Both the position numbers and the translations under genes were made by a program. From Catajapyx aquilonaris (lineage: Eukaryota), in contig JYFJ02001493.1 in NCBI GenBank assembly GCA_000934665.2, forward strand, positions 1 to 64,000: 64,000 nucleotides of DNA, in the 5' to 3' direction. This document shows, piece after piece, positions 12,436 to 26,600 of this stretch. The stretch's first letter is position 1; each line of letters begins with the position of its first letter. The notes under the pieces were generated by a model. It saw only the letters and a list, made by a program, of their open reading frames with translations, was not told the origin of the DNA and made no database searches.

Positions 12436-12542
12436 ATGGCGAAGAAGAGGAAGGATCCGGAAGAATTGCAAATTTCTTGCCCTTTGAACAGATACGAGAT
12501 GGAGGCTTTTCAAAAAGGACCGATGGAGATAAGCAGAAAAAA
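12436..12542 (+). CDS. Candidate alternative first coding exon of the tetraspanin (MAKKRKDPEELQISCPLNRYEMEAFQKGPMEISRKK)
   Basis: Good start context aaaaATGG, 107 nt, AA|gtgggt donor in phase 2, in frame with exon 13210 (G CGC AGG ATG). Confidence 0.45.
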
Positions 12543-13216
12543 GTGGGTATATGCTATTTTTGAGTCAGTAATCTGCCAGGAAGGGTGATTAGGTCAAAGT
12601 TGCGATTACTGGGTAAATAAACATTGTGCGGTACGTCACGTGTTTGGTTCATGGTGCGTTATCTGGGCAGAATTATTGTGCTTAATGTTGCTTAGAAGAA
12701 GAAAAATCATATGTGCATTTCCAGGAGTAATAAGGTAGCACAAAATAGCCTCCAATGAGCGCCTCTCTTGGAGGCTATTTTGAGCATAAGATCTGCTACC
12801 TTACTCCTGAAAGTACAGTACACAGCAATGTCTCAAGTACTGTCCGGATATGCCCCACCTCTTCCTACAACAGTTGAGGTCATGATCAGACAAACCATAA
12901 TTGACAGCAACCACGCGGCAGGAACAGTGAGATGACATCACTTCAAATGGTCTAAATTTCCTCCAATTGAGTCCATGGTTGGGGGGTAAGTTGAACAAAC
13001 CCTCCCAGTGTGAAGTCTGTGTCTGTAACACATGGCCACGGGATATTACTTCCATCCTAGTTGGTTCCGGGAAGATATTTCCTGGGATTCATCTACAGGA
13101 GGATTTCGGTTCTGTTGAATTTTTTTCCCATCTGCGTACAATTATTTTTCCGTTCAGGATGTGTTGTTATTAAGCAAGGTAGTGATAATTTCCTGATTAA
13201 TTGTTACAGGCGCAGG

Positions 13217-16200
13217 ATGAGTCGAAGCGGGTACACGTGCATCCGGCACACGTTCTGCACACTGAACGTCCTTATGTGGGTAAGTATCCAATTTGATGCT
13301 AATCTGATTGCGAAAATTATTACAAAATGTGTTATAAAATAATATGCAACAAATAATTATAAATGATAAAATATGCAGTGTAAAACTATAAGCGCAATAT
13401 ATAGGTTAATGTATCATTTATTCACAGAATTTATTTTTTTAAATACCCCTCGTAGGGGGGACTCAGGGGAGGTTCCCAAGGAATTTTTAGTCATTTTTTA
13501 CTTTGTGAAATACACCAGACCTTTTTTCCTGGCCCTGGGCAGAGTAGGGAGTGCACTTCAATTCGCAGAAAATTATTTCAATGGCTCATTTATTGATTTT
13601 AATAGCGATTTCAACCCCTTCATTAGTATGAGCAATTTTATATAAAAATGAATACAAATTTAACGAAATTACTTGTGAGACAATTTGAGGGATAATAATT
13701 TTCTGTTGCATACCAGAGTGAACTTTTTACATTTTAAACCCATTTTACATTTCATTACAATTTTTATTGTTCTGAAATAAGTAGTGTGTTGACCTTATAT
13801 CCAACGAACCAACGAACTAATGTCGTCCTTGGTGTCTAGTTTCCCCCCACGTCTCTCGTCCCCAATTAAACCCAATTGGACTGATGTAACCCCCTCCCTT
13901 TGTATCCTGCTGTTGGCCTACTCTGCATATGTCCAAGGAATTAAATATAAACATGACAAAATGTACTGATATTGCCTCAATTTCCAGCTGGTTGGATGTG
14001 GCGTCTTGGGCGTCGGAATATGGCTGAGGTTAGCCTACGGAGGGTATGCAACCCTTCTGCCTCATTACTCTGTGCTGAGTGCTGACAGCCTCTGCATATC
14101 AGCTGGAGTCATCATGTTCGTGGTGGCCTTTTTTGGATGCTGCGGGTCATGGTTCCAGAACCGATGCATGCTTGTCACAGTACGTTGACAAAAATGGATT
14201 GATGCTGCCTTGAGTGTCTCTTGGCTGTTGTCCAATTGTTAGACAAATTGTTTACAAACAGTGTCCTTTTATGCCGACCCCAACAACCTTCATATCTGCA
14301 TGAGGAATGTAATGCCTTTTGCATGGTGTCTCTCTGGACCGGTAGCGATTCTTTGATGCAATTTTGTGGGAAAAAATTGCATAGTCACGCCATGCAGGAA
14401 GTAATTATATATCCAAAGTTGTGAAATGGTGCGAACCATCTGTTAGTAAATTATGACATAACTAAATAGGGAAGTGTATGTTTTGCTGGCATATTTCACA
14501 GCGAGTTAATTCAAGGTGAACATCAGAGTAGGCTACAACTTAATGTACAATAATCAGTATCAATTTACATAAAACAACATTACCTGGTAGTACAGTACAG
14601 CATGTTCAGTTGTTCCAACAAGATCCATTCAAGGATTTTCAGAATAAATGCCAAACAATGGTGTCATTGAGAATGTTGAAATCACATTCATTGAGGCTGT
14701 CACACATTTTCAGGACGCTGACTCAGAACTATTCACGTTGGAACATAACATAAGTGTAAACATCCTAAAATAGACCTGTAATAATTGTGAATGGCTGACC
14801 TAGACTTGTGTTTGCAGTACTTTGGCCTGGTGATATTCGTCTTTCTATTGGAATTCCTGGTGGCCACCCTAGCTTTTGTCTTCCGCAAAGGGTTGGGGGC
14901 CACCCTTCAAGATGAGCTGAGAATAGGCATAAGAGAGCACTACAACACGTCCATGGACAACAGCCTGCATGTCACATGGACACACATACACGATGAGGTA
15001 AAAAACATAAAGACAACTTTTCCAGACAAGTTTTGTTAATATTCTTTATGGTTTCAGTTCCACTGCTGCGGCATAAATGGATATGATGATTGGTTTGACA
15101 TCAAAGCCTGGTCTGGGAAGTCGTATGTGCCGGACTCCTGCTGCCTCCCCAAGTTCAGAAACCTCACAGGTAAAATATGGATGGAAAAAATCGTGGTTTT
15201 CAAAGGCTTTAGAAATAGATCTACACAATTATTTCTTCCGATTATGTAATAATATTGGGTTTTCTTGCCTTATCATAGCAGAACTGGGGACAACCCGCAC
15301 CAGACTATCAAGTGGTAGTTCAAATGCCGTTTTAAATCATTTGCAAAGGTGTAATATTGTGCAGTAGTTTTCGCATGATGTATTTTAATAAGAGACTGAA
15401 TTGATTCCGCTACGCCCATCAGTTGTGTATACTGTCGTAATTTTTACATTTCAATATTGATTTATGGTATGTTGCAAAATTGTACATATTTGCCCACACA
15501 GCTGCATGATCTGTCAGCCTCAGGGTCATATATAGTGTGCATGGTGGTATTTTCAAAATGTAAAAATAACCCAGAATATGCCAACTGTGGCTTCTGTCAG
15601 GGTGGGGAGTGTAAGGGAACAAAATTATTTTGTGTTTAATTCAGGAAATGACGTTTTTTTTGCATTCACTCTGTATTGTAAAGGTAACTTTGCAATAACT
15701 TTACTCCAAAAAAACATGTGAAATATTGGATATACAGTTTGTGGCGTAGGTAACATTTGTACTTTTATATAGCCTCCTTTCGTCTTATCATTGCACAAAT
15801 GTTTGGTCAGTTATTAATATTTAAAACTCTACTTTCAGACTGTGGAAAGTCGGAGAATGCTGAGATGTGGTTCCACAAGGGATGTGCCGAGCAAGTTCAG
15901 ATGTGGTTTGTAGAGAGGCTACATGTGGTTGGAATCGTTGGCTTAGTCGTCTCTTTTGTCCAGGTACGCGCACACCCATTTCATTTTTTAAATACCTGAG
16001 AATGTGTGATTCAAACGTTAGTGGGTTATTTCCTTTTGATAAATTCAATGCACTGCTTGATGAAACAAGTTTCTTCACTAATCTCTCATTTGATAATTAA
16101 AAGTGAAGTCCATCACGTATTGTTGCACATGCTAATTAAAACAATTATTGCAATTAAGGGTTAATCTTTCCTACCAAATATGAAGCATTTAAATGTAGAA

Positions 16201-16568
16201 TGATCAATCACATTTGATCAAAATTGAGCTAGATATTGTGTAATGCGATTCTTGATTGGGTTTCTCCTAGTCCTAGAGAAATGAAAGCCTCCTATGGAAG
16301 GGTTTGATGAAAAATTGTTCAATTGTTCCAAACATTTCTCTCTCAAAATAATTCCAATGCGATGATGCAAATAATGTATTCATGTGTTCTTTCTATATCA
16401 TGGCCATCAAGGTTTGCAAGTCTCGATTTTTTTTCCCCTCAACAAATTACAATAAACATCTTGGCAATTTCGTTTCAGCTGTTTGGACTGATCTCGTCGA
16501 TGCTGCTGTTTTGCACAGTGCGCCATAAAAGGACTTCCTACACGTACAGGTCGTACGATAACACCTGA
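13217..16568 (+). CDS. Tsp5D: Tetraspanin, Drosophila Tsp5D-like, 253 aa, spliced
   Basis: Exons 13217-13279, 13988-14179, 14818-14997, 15058-15169, 15839-15963, 16479-16568 (762 nt, phases match). Four TM segments, FFGCCG, large-loop CCG, VPDSCC and KGC motifs. N-terminus GYTCIRHTFC and C-terminus LFGLISSMLLFCTVRHKR match my recollection of fly Tsp5D. Confidence 0.93.
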
Positions 16569-18905
16569 CTTTTACAGGAATACCAAGTGTGACAGGCAGT
16601 GGACATTTTTCGTACTGTATCCACGTGTGTTTTGCATTGTTCTCATCAGTCAGTGTGTAGTGATTCTGTGTAATTAGGCAGCTATGTTTTTTCCACCCAC
16701 GAGCGAAGACTTCAGTACCATTATCAAAAAAATACTAGACTGCATATGAGGGCTGACAAAAAAAAATAATTGAGGCGTTGATATGGGAAAGGGCGTGAGT
16801 CACTATTGAGATTTTTTTGCAGGGGCTAGGCCAAAAACCAGATTTGAGAACACTGTGAAGCAGATTTTATTACACAAAATATTTCTGATTATTGGATTTG
16901 TTGCAAAAAGTCCAATGAAAAGTCAAAGTAAAAGCAGTTTATAAGTTTAATATTTAAATGTAGGCTACTTTTTTTTCTTTTTGTGGCACATTTCTCATTG
17001 TGAATATTATACGCCCTTTTCCATGTCAACGGCTCAATTCATCACAAGATCCTTGTGAAACTGCCATTGTACATATATTTTCCATTTTATTGTTGTCTAT
17101 TGATTATGCCAAAGGTGTGTATACTTGAAACATTCCTCAATCAAATTGACCTGCTGCTATTTACTACCCTAGTTTGTTAGTGTCTCACGTCAGTCACACT
17201 CACGTATTTATATAAAATCAAATTCCTGCATTTGTTACATGTTTTTTTTAAATTGCGAGGCAGGACTATAGTAACATTCTTGTACATTGTTTATGATAAA
17301 TACAATTTCCTGATTACCATCTGACTATTTATTTGTGGAATTTTTGTAATTTATTTTAAGGTTTAATTGAAGAATTAATTAATAGTGGTATATGAGCACA
17401 AGGGGAAAATTCATCTGTGTAGACTCGTAATGAGATTTTTTTTTAAATAAGTGTTGATGATACAACCAGCCCTAACTCTTGACTTACAACTACTTCACAT
17501 TACTTGTGTTTTTACCAGGAATTTACATTGTTCAGTGTACTGTAATTTTATTGTTGCAGTTGAATCTGCTCTCGTTCACTAGATGGTGCTGAGGTCCGTA
17601 ACGCCTCACATATAATGTTACCTTACAAACATAATATCAGCTCCATCTGTATACGGTAGTAACTAGTAAGGATAATTTTTCTTGTAATAAACGTCCACCC
17701 TTTAGGTTTTTGTTACCGTCGGTCTCAAGGATTTGTGCCATCAAGGAATTTGCTTCACACCCTAACAAACACACTGAACTACCTTGATCATATTTTGAAT
17801 TGATTAAGAGGTTGTAGAGGCCAGTAAGTTTCAGACACGATAACCTGATATACCAGAGTCTGGTTGTTGGTTTTTTGCGACAGCAAATAATTTATGGGGA
17901 CTACTGGACCAGGTAGACAAACTCGGACAAGCTACAACAGGTGCCGTCAACATGAGGAGAACAACATATAGAACGGGAAATAAGAGGATATAACTAGTGC
18001 ATGAAGCATGAAGTATACTTTAAAAATATAGTGTATGGCGATTACTTCAGAACAGGGATACATCTAATTATAACCAGATAGATACATATTATTTAGAAGA
18101 AATAGTGCGAACGGGAGATTCACATTGTCACAAAATAATGTCACAATTACATCGGTTTTGTAATATAAAGAGGAAACCGTAAACCTGTTTTTTTCAGTTA
18201 CATTTTGGATTTTCAGGCAGATAAACAAGTCATCGCCTGGATTATTGGCGGCACGTGTGTGTGGTGAAATAACTTTGCCAATGGGCCTAATATTGAATAA
18301 TAACTGCTGGTTCTGCATTTCGTGTATAACTAGATTTATTAAGTGGAGCACGACCAGGTGTACATAATAATTACAGATGAACTACAACAAAATAAGGCCA
18401 TTTGTCATCTTTATAACGTGAGTTTTACAAATACTTGTTTGGCATACAACACTGCAGACACTCCCAGTGAAACTAAAGTGAAAAATAAATTACGGACGTA
18501 CTTATTATGTGTCGTACTCAGTACGGAGAAAATGCATGCATAAAATATATTTATGAATACAGCAAGTAACTTAGTTTTCTGGTAAATCATAGCGCGTTTC
18601 AAATCATTATAGAGTAGACTACAGTATAGGAATGAAAATGAGAGCGCAATTTCACATGCAGACTAATTTTCCTAATTGTGCATACCATTGCATGACTGAC
18701 ACTACTTGAGTCATCATTTTTGTTCTAATGACCGTATTACATGTATGTGCAAATACTGTACTTCAACCAATGACCTTTGAACAAATCATCCGTTGAGAGT
18801 TTGGCATCAATAACACTTCAAGAGCCATCAAGTTTGATGACCTGTTGTGACATTGCCATGTTGGCAACCAAATCTTTGTTCAAATAAAGCACTTATCAAC
18901 CGTAC

Positions 18906-19087
18906 CAAGGGGGTAGTCACTCCTCAAAAAAGTGTACACCGGCTCTCTTGAGTAGCGGCTCTCCGCGGCTCTCCTCGGCTCTCCACGGCTCTCCACGGCT
19001 CTCTGCGGCTCTCTGCGGCTCTCTTGCGGCTCTCCTCGGCTCACCAGTGAGGGTGTACACCGGCTCTCCGAAGTGACTACCCCCTTG
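18906..19087. mobile_element. 182-bp MITE with 16-bp TIRs, 8-bp TSD and internal minisatellite (hAT- or P-superfamily-like)
   Basis: TIR CAAGGGGGTAGTCACT at 18906-18921 with perfect inverse at 19072-19087; TSD AACCGTAC at 18898-18905 and 19088-19095; internal ~10-bp CGGCTCTCnn tandem units. Confidence 0.9.
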
Positions 19088-22000
19088 AACCGTACTCCTG
19101 TGACTTTGTATCTGTACACGGTCTTTCTACTAGATTTTTCTCGCATTAAAAATTGGTATAAATTTTGGCTTATTCTATACAATTAGTTCTATACAATAAT
19201 TGCAGAAGTTGTAACTCACCCTCCATCAGGGAGGTTGCATGACCTGTACATTGTTAATAGGACCTGCTGTTCGTGTAAGTAGGGCCCACTGTATGTGTTA
19301 ACAACCCCTGTGCTTTCAGCACTACTCATGTTGTAATATGCTGATAATGACATCTCTGAGCAATTATGTTTTATTTACCTTCATTGTAAATTATAGATAA
19401 TTATTAAATTTTTCCTGCAGGCTTCGTGTCGATATCTTTGAAGAAGAAAAAATGGGATACATGCAGTGTACAGTATTATTTCTTATTGCACTTTTTATTA
19501 CTGCAGTTTGTCTAACCGGAGGAGGTTACATGTAACGCATCGCATGTCTTAAATTGACGTTAAATTAATCGTAATGAATGTTTGTTTACACAGTTTTTTA
19601 CCTCCTTTTTTACTTACTTTTGCCCATTGCGGGCCAGACGGATCGAGCATTATTTAAACACTCGTCTAACAGGCGTAATTATACACAATGCTGTTAGTTT
19701 AAGACATAAGGACATAACACTAGCCCACAAAATAGCCCATTGACGTCACTGGGACATCATGTCAGTACTCAAGCACTGATCGGTCATCACAAGGAAGAGC
19801 AATGGCTAGGTAATTTTAGATATCGTTATATGTACAGTACATGGAGTTGCGATCATTGCATTGCAAATATTATTTTTCATGTCAGGTCACTGTAGGATTA
19901 ATAGTCTGCACACTGTTATTGCAAGGGGAAGATTAGACAATGAATTGCGTACTCACATAATGTAGTATAAAGTTACACGGAAAAGATCCAACTGATAAGG
20001 TTTATCAGGTCTTTCCCAGAACTGACCAGACGCACATTCTATACAGCGCGAGAAAGTAGATAATGCAACTAAATAGGGAACAAACTTTAACAACCAAGCT
20101 GCACACAATCCAATTAGCACTTACACTACTGCTTTATTATTTATACTCCCAAATAATTTATCTGCACTTATTTATTCATATGTAAAAAAATAGCGGCAAG
20201 AAGAGTAAATGCTGCCCATATGTTTCTGTGCCAAAAAAGCATATTTGCATGCTATAACATGCACTATTCACTTTTCTTTAACAATGCAATAATATGGAGC
20301 ATAATAAATTACACCCCCAAAAAAGTATTTCTTGATATAAGAAAAATGTGTGAAATAATCATCGCACTCGTGAATATATTTGCACTTTTACAAGTTAGTG
20401 TAAAAAATTACTTCTTTATTCCATATAATTATACCGGTATAATGTCGTCTATGATTAATTTCAGTTGTTCATAAACTAAGCTTGGTGTGCTATGTCAATG
20501 ATATCTAAAAATTGCGCTTATTTCTGCCTGAACATACAGTATGCATATTTATAGTGAAGGCTAATTCCAGGCTAATTCCCTGACTAATTACAGTCCCGTA
20601 TCACGTGAAGTCATTAAAATATTTATTTATAACTAATTTACGATTACTTACACCTTGCTACTATATTATAACCCCTGTGTGAATACTCCCAAGTCGAGAT
20701 ACTGCTCATTGATGGACTGCTTAAGGCAGTAATGATGGATGGAATTGATAATAATAAATTCTTGCACTAAGACGCGTTTGCCTTCAATCTGGGAAAAAAT
20801 GCATACCTGCTGCTATGGACTTTTTTTCCTCTCTAATCCTCCCATTTCCGCATAATGCCGGCAATTACAAATGGCAATGACATTTTAACCTGCAATACAA
20901 GCCTGTGAAATTATTGTAGATCTACAGTAACAAGTTATATGCGGAATTTGAACAAATAACTGAAATACATTTTATTATTAGAATTACATTGTTAAAATGT
21001 GTTTTTTAAATGAGCAAGGTTGTTCTGAATATGAGCATCGCCAAGGCTTTGATATTTCCTATAATAATCATATTATACGGTATGTTTGTAAAAGTCAGTT
21101 TTTCATTTTGAACCAGGATAGACTCTCTGATATAAATCAGCATAGTTCTGAAAAACCAAGAAATCAAAAAAAAAATGGTATGTTGATTACAACACACAGT
21201 TGGCACCATATACATGTGAAATAAAATTACGATAATGCCAAGGCTGCAGTGCCAATGGCGGAAAAAAACATGTCTTTTGCATGGCTTTCCCTTGACAACA
21301 CAACGCAACATACCATATCATTTTCATTTAACAGATAATCTGAGAAGAAGTGTTCGTATCATCTCTGCCCACTTAATAAGGCAATTTGCTTTTGCATAAG
21401 GTGCGTTTTTCACAATGAAACCTGATATTCCCGAACAGAGGCAAAAAACGTTGGGTGGGGTCATCTGAAAATCGAGGATATGTGATTATGAAAAATTATT
21501 GGAAAGAATGTTGATATTACGTCACATTCTGAACACACCAGTAGTGTCGTTGCAAATTCTTTTTTTTATATAGAAGCCGGGTGTACAGCAAAAGTTAACT
21601 ATCACCAGTTGCTGAACACGTTTCGTTTTCCAATAACACGTATTGGTGAATGACAGATTGAGACCCATTACTCTTTACCTTTTTATACGCATACCTCAGG
21701 CCTGTTCACTAATCTGTCAAGCAACAATGTGGAAACGAAAATTTACATTACACGCAACTTCTTGCGGACATCCCAAAAAAAATTGCTATCTGCACAAAAT
21801 GCATTTTGATCAAATCTCTCCTGCTGCAATTACAAAAATTATGCACCATTGCATAAGAACTTGCTGCATGCAAAAATGACCACTGCCGCTGTTACCCCAA
21901 AAAAATTAAAGTAAAGTAAATTGAAACATACACACGTGTTTGGTGTAGACCACGGCACTTTCTCCATTTCTGTGGAGTAAGCTTTCCGGATCATTCCTCA

Positions 22001-23531
22001 ATTTTCTAAACTGCATGCTTCTTTGCCGATATCATGCAAAACCCGAGGAAGAAATTGTGAAGTCCGAATAAACCAAAATACAGTTATGTAACTGGACTGG
22101 ATTTCAAATATGGCCAACTTTCAATCCGCACGCCATTGATACGTCTCAATGTGAAGTATGCAATAATCATCTACTTTTTTGACCTTATTTAATACCGGCA
22201 TTGCAGATTTTTTTCCCGCCGTACAATTTGACCGCAGTTACATGTAAAAAAGAACTTGTTGTGATTAATTGAACATGCTGTAATGCAATCTGGATAAATA
22301 AGTACAAAGGTCAGAGTGTGACGAAACGCAGCTCTCTCTATTAGCCATATTAAAATAATAATTGGATACTATTTACACTATTGTGCAATACCGGGAAAAT
22401 TTAATTAGGCTTTTGTAAGACTATAGAATTATAAAAGTTGGCCCGAAAGTAGAGCGACGGCATATACTGTACTATAAAAGATAACATCTGAATTCTGACA
22501 TTTTGTTCCGGATGACATTATAACCTCCGAAGTGGGGGAAAAAAATTGCGCCATATTGCTGTGACAGCACGTGTTCAAAAAAAGGTGCCACTTTCTCGCC
22601 AAAATTTTCTTTTGCCGCATTTTCGCACACTTAGTCATTTTGCAAAAAAAAAGCTAATCGAAATTTGCCTTGCCACAGTTTAAGAGATAGGGTTACCAGG
22701 CTAATCATACTGTAATGATAGTAATAAACCCTACCCCTGGACTCGATTGTTGAGATTGCAAGCGCACCTGGTTTGATCCTAAGGATTTAAGAGAAAAAAA
22801 ACGAAAGTGGAGAGAATATCCGGATGCTTGACTTTTGTTGAGTACCGTAAACCCGCGGTGAGGCGAAGTAATCACTTGTTATGGTTATGATTAAGGGACT
22901 GGCCAGGGCAAAGAGTAACAGCGATGACGATTGCAGGGCACAATATTTCGCACTTGCACAATGTGGGGCAAGGCTGCGCATTTTTTTGCAAAAAAAAGCA
23001 TAATAGTAAGACATTTGTGAAAGTGGATGCGCAATGAAAAATGGCGGATGCTGAGAATGTTTTTCCACGTTTTGTTGTGCATATTTTTTTTTTCATTTTC
23101 AGTGGGTCAGTGTTGCATCTGAATTGCGATGCTAAAGGTGCGACACGTTCTCACAGTACGACTTGAGAAATCGTGCGATGCGATGAGATATTCCAACAAC
23201 AATTGTTGTGTCGGTGTGGGAAGCTTCACTTGCAGGTCTGTCCACAAGTGATGAAATGTGAAGATCTGCCCCAAAAATGTGATGAAAAGTAATTAGGATT
23301 GAAGTTATGCCTCGAATTACACTTGCTGTTTTTTTATATAGTTGAGCAGAGTTAAGTCTTTTAGGTGTTGATCTTAATCGTGGTGTTGACATGCATGGCA
23401 TGATAATGAAGGGATAAGCATTGTTGGGCATGCGAGTCAAGTGAGGGTGCAAAACCTCGTTAAATTGTAATGAGACACTTTCCATCTCCGACGGAAAGAA
23501 TGGCGAGTTATTTCTCAAGCGAGACGTCTGT

Positions 23532-23699
23532 AAAAAAATCGTCTGAATTTTTTTTAATGATTATAAATGGAAGCAATTACTCTATATAGATGAGCAATAA
23601 TCATGACTAGATTGAAAAAAAATTAGTCTGCATTTTTTTAGATATTTATAAATGGAAGCAATTACTACATAGATTGAAGCAATAATCATGACTGGATTG
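23532..23699. repeat. Two-copy tandem duplication of an ~83-85 bp unit
   Basis: TTATAAATGGAAGCAATTACT and AGCAATAATCATGACT each occur twice at ~84 bp spacing. Confidence 0.85.
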
Positions 23700-26600
23700 A
23701 GTAAACAATTGGTAATATCACATGGTGTTTGTGTACTTAGGCAATGCATTACCTTGTACACTCAGGATGTCCCATTCTTTATGTTTATTTTCTTGTGCAC
23801 TTATTGGTAAGAGGAAGTTGGTACGCAATGGGTCACAAATCATAGACAAACGAGCATTTACGATGCATAAAACATACAAAATATCCAGGCTTGCGAGACC
23901 TAGTCAGGTTTTGCAATAAGTTGTTATTAAAAATGAAAACTAATGAATAATGTATGTGCTCGGTGTAATTTTCGTCGGAGGAAGCATAGCTCAGAGCACA
24001 ATTCATCTAGACATCATCCTGGGGTCATTAGCCGTGCTGTAAATGGCGTCATAATTACGCTAACGTATGTGTTGATAAGAGTCGGTACCACTCAAATGTC
24101 ACTTTTAACAGGAAAAATAATAGCTCATGTCCATATCAAGCCCTTAATTATACGACCTTCCTAAGTAGCAGTTTCGTTTTGAATAACCGTGGTTTTGAAC
24201 ATTCACTAACGTGTCCGGGTTGTGTAACTTGAGATGAAAACTGCAGTTTTGGCATCTTCACACGTGTTTCCATCAGGACAAAAAAGTGACAATGATCAAC
24301 GTAACAACATGACAACACCAATAATTTCTTGTCTTACATGTTCTCTCTACCATACCGGTAATGAAATTGAAACAAGTCAGGTCAAGTCATACAGAATGAA
24401 ACGCAATCATGTCCCAAACATCATGTGATATTGGCGCAACTGTTGTCCTGGTCGGAACAGGTATTTATAATATTCTGAGTAGAATGACGTAAAACTATTG
24501 GATTGAGGCAAAACCTACTTGACACAGTCAATGCAACATATACTCTATAGCTATTGTCCTTGGAATAAATATTCATATATCTGGTGTGCTTGACGCAAAT
24601 GTACCCGGTGTATTTGCTGTGTAATATGGCAAGAAACGTCCGTGATTAGCCTTTTAATATTGCTATCTGCAAGTACTCATCCAGACTAGTAATACTAAGA
24701 GAGAAGATATGCTACGTATGGTTACATTAATGAAGACACGAAATGCAGAACAATCAGCATGCATAATGCTATTATTAGGACACATTATTAGAGTTTGAAA
24801 TGTGAATATGTCATTATCCATTAGTGACAAAATTCTGTAACGGACAGTAACTGTTCTATTTAAAAACTTCCTTGACTTACAGAATGTATACGTCCGGTCA
24901 TATTACGCAAAGCCTTACTGTGACTCTGATCTTTTTTGTAAAGGTTTATACATGTCTAATTAAACACACAGAAAGATTACATGCTGCTTGATTGCCCCTC
25001 TATTCAAAGTCTCGAGGAAGTGTTTAATCCTAACCGTGAGATTGTACAGCAGCATTCAAACATGCAGGCTGCAGCGTCAAATGTGTGTCACATACAAACA
25101 CGCACACTTGTCAATTAACTGAAGGCCATAGAATTTCTGTAGAAATGGACACCATGCAGGTTACCGAACATAATAAATTATCCTACTTTGTATGGTTTGC
25201 CATATTACATAACACATTACATCTCTGGCGTGACATGTCGACAATGCACCATATAAGTATACGCAATGTGCAGAAATCCAGCCCTTAACCTAACAAGGGA
25301 ATATGCCACATGTTCTTATGTAATGCACTAAAAAAAATCCACTTCCACATTTTGTGCTACTAAACAGAAAGAAATATCATAATGAAATGCTAAAATGCAC
25401 AATATTCGAGCTGCCGATTAATTGATGCCTAATTACTTTTCTGTATTACTCCCAATTGCATGGTAAATGAATATTACCTTGAACCCAACTCATCAGTGAC
25501 GAGTAACCTATATTAATACACCTACATTATTTTTACTTTATAACATTGTATGAAGTCCATGACATGAAGCAATTATCCCTGACATCACACCGGTTGTATA
25601 GGCTGAATAGCATGTGAACTATGACCTAACTTGCTAGCTACAGGTTAAGGACGCTACATTGAATCAAATGCTGGATACAAAATGTGAAAGTCAGGACACC
25701 TCTTCCCATAATAGTCACATTTCCGCATCTTTTCTTAGACTCATTCACCGATATTCCTTATTTAATAATATCCTTTCTGCAACATTGTATAATATCTACT
25801 TTCTGATCGATTAAGATAACGTACTACCGTTATTGCACAAACTTTGCAAATTTAGCCTTGAAAAATCTTCCTGCCTTTGTTTTTTTTTTACATTTCAGTT
25901 TCCTGATAAGTTACCATCTCGATCGTTGGAAGATACACCTTTTAAAATAAAAATCTGGGTTGTTAACCGCGAACAATACTCTGTTAGTTGTGCTTAATTC
26001 TTCAAATTACAATTTTTTTTATGCGACCCGATCTGCCCACATATTTTTGCACACTTTCTCCATTGCCACATATTTCCCTCTACAATATTTCACACATGCT
26101 TAAATTAATTAACAGTGCAAAAAAATGTCTGCTAATTTGCGAAAATATCCGGAAGTACGTCATATGTGTCTACTTCTTTTTCCGGAAAGGAAGAAGTTGT
26201 TGGAATGTTTTTAAAAATAGTGCGCGTTTGTTTTTTTACGATTTTTATCCGAGAAACTGCGCAGTGAAATGGAAGAAAAATGTCTTCACCTCCTAAGATC
26301 CATCGTTTGAATGAGTCGTTTTTGAGAGACGTGGAAGAAGAGAGAAAGTGGACCTCATGGAAGTAGTGTGTTCGCTCGACCAATCCAAGATTTCACTTTC
26401 AACTTCCTCCAGCACAGGCAGTTCTGGACCTGGTTCGGTACAGAAACGTGTCCATGTCGGTTTTGAACTTCTTATTCCTTCTCGTGGTCTAGGGTACCTA
26501 TAGGTCGTGATGGAATGACGCCAATTGGCAAGTTGGGGTGGTCAGGAACGATATGACTTTTATGTTGATCTGATGTTAGAAAGTTTTTTGAATGATAGGT

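Noticed and set aside
18880..19182. ORF with ESRGEP repeats; array also considered as CRISPR-like
   Set aside because: It is the minisatellite inside a MITE; there are no unique spacers and the context is eukaryotic.
23132..23528. 128-aa minus-strand ORF preceded by an acceptor-like tttttttacag
   Set aside because: No recognisable domain, no partner exons, and composition is not convincingly coding.
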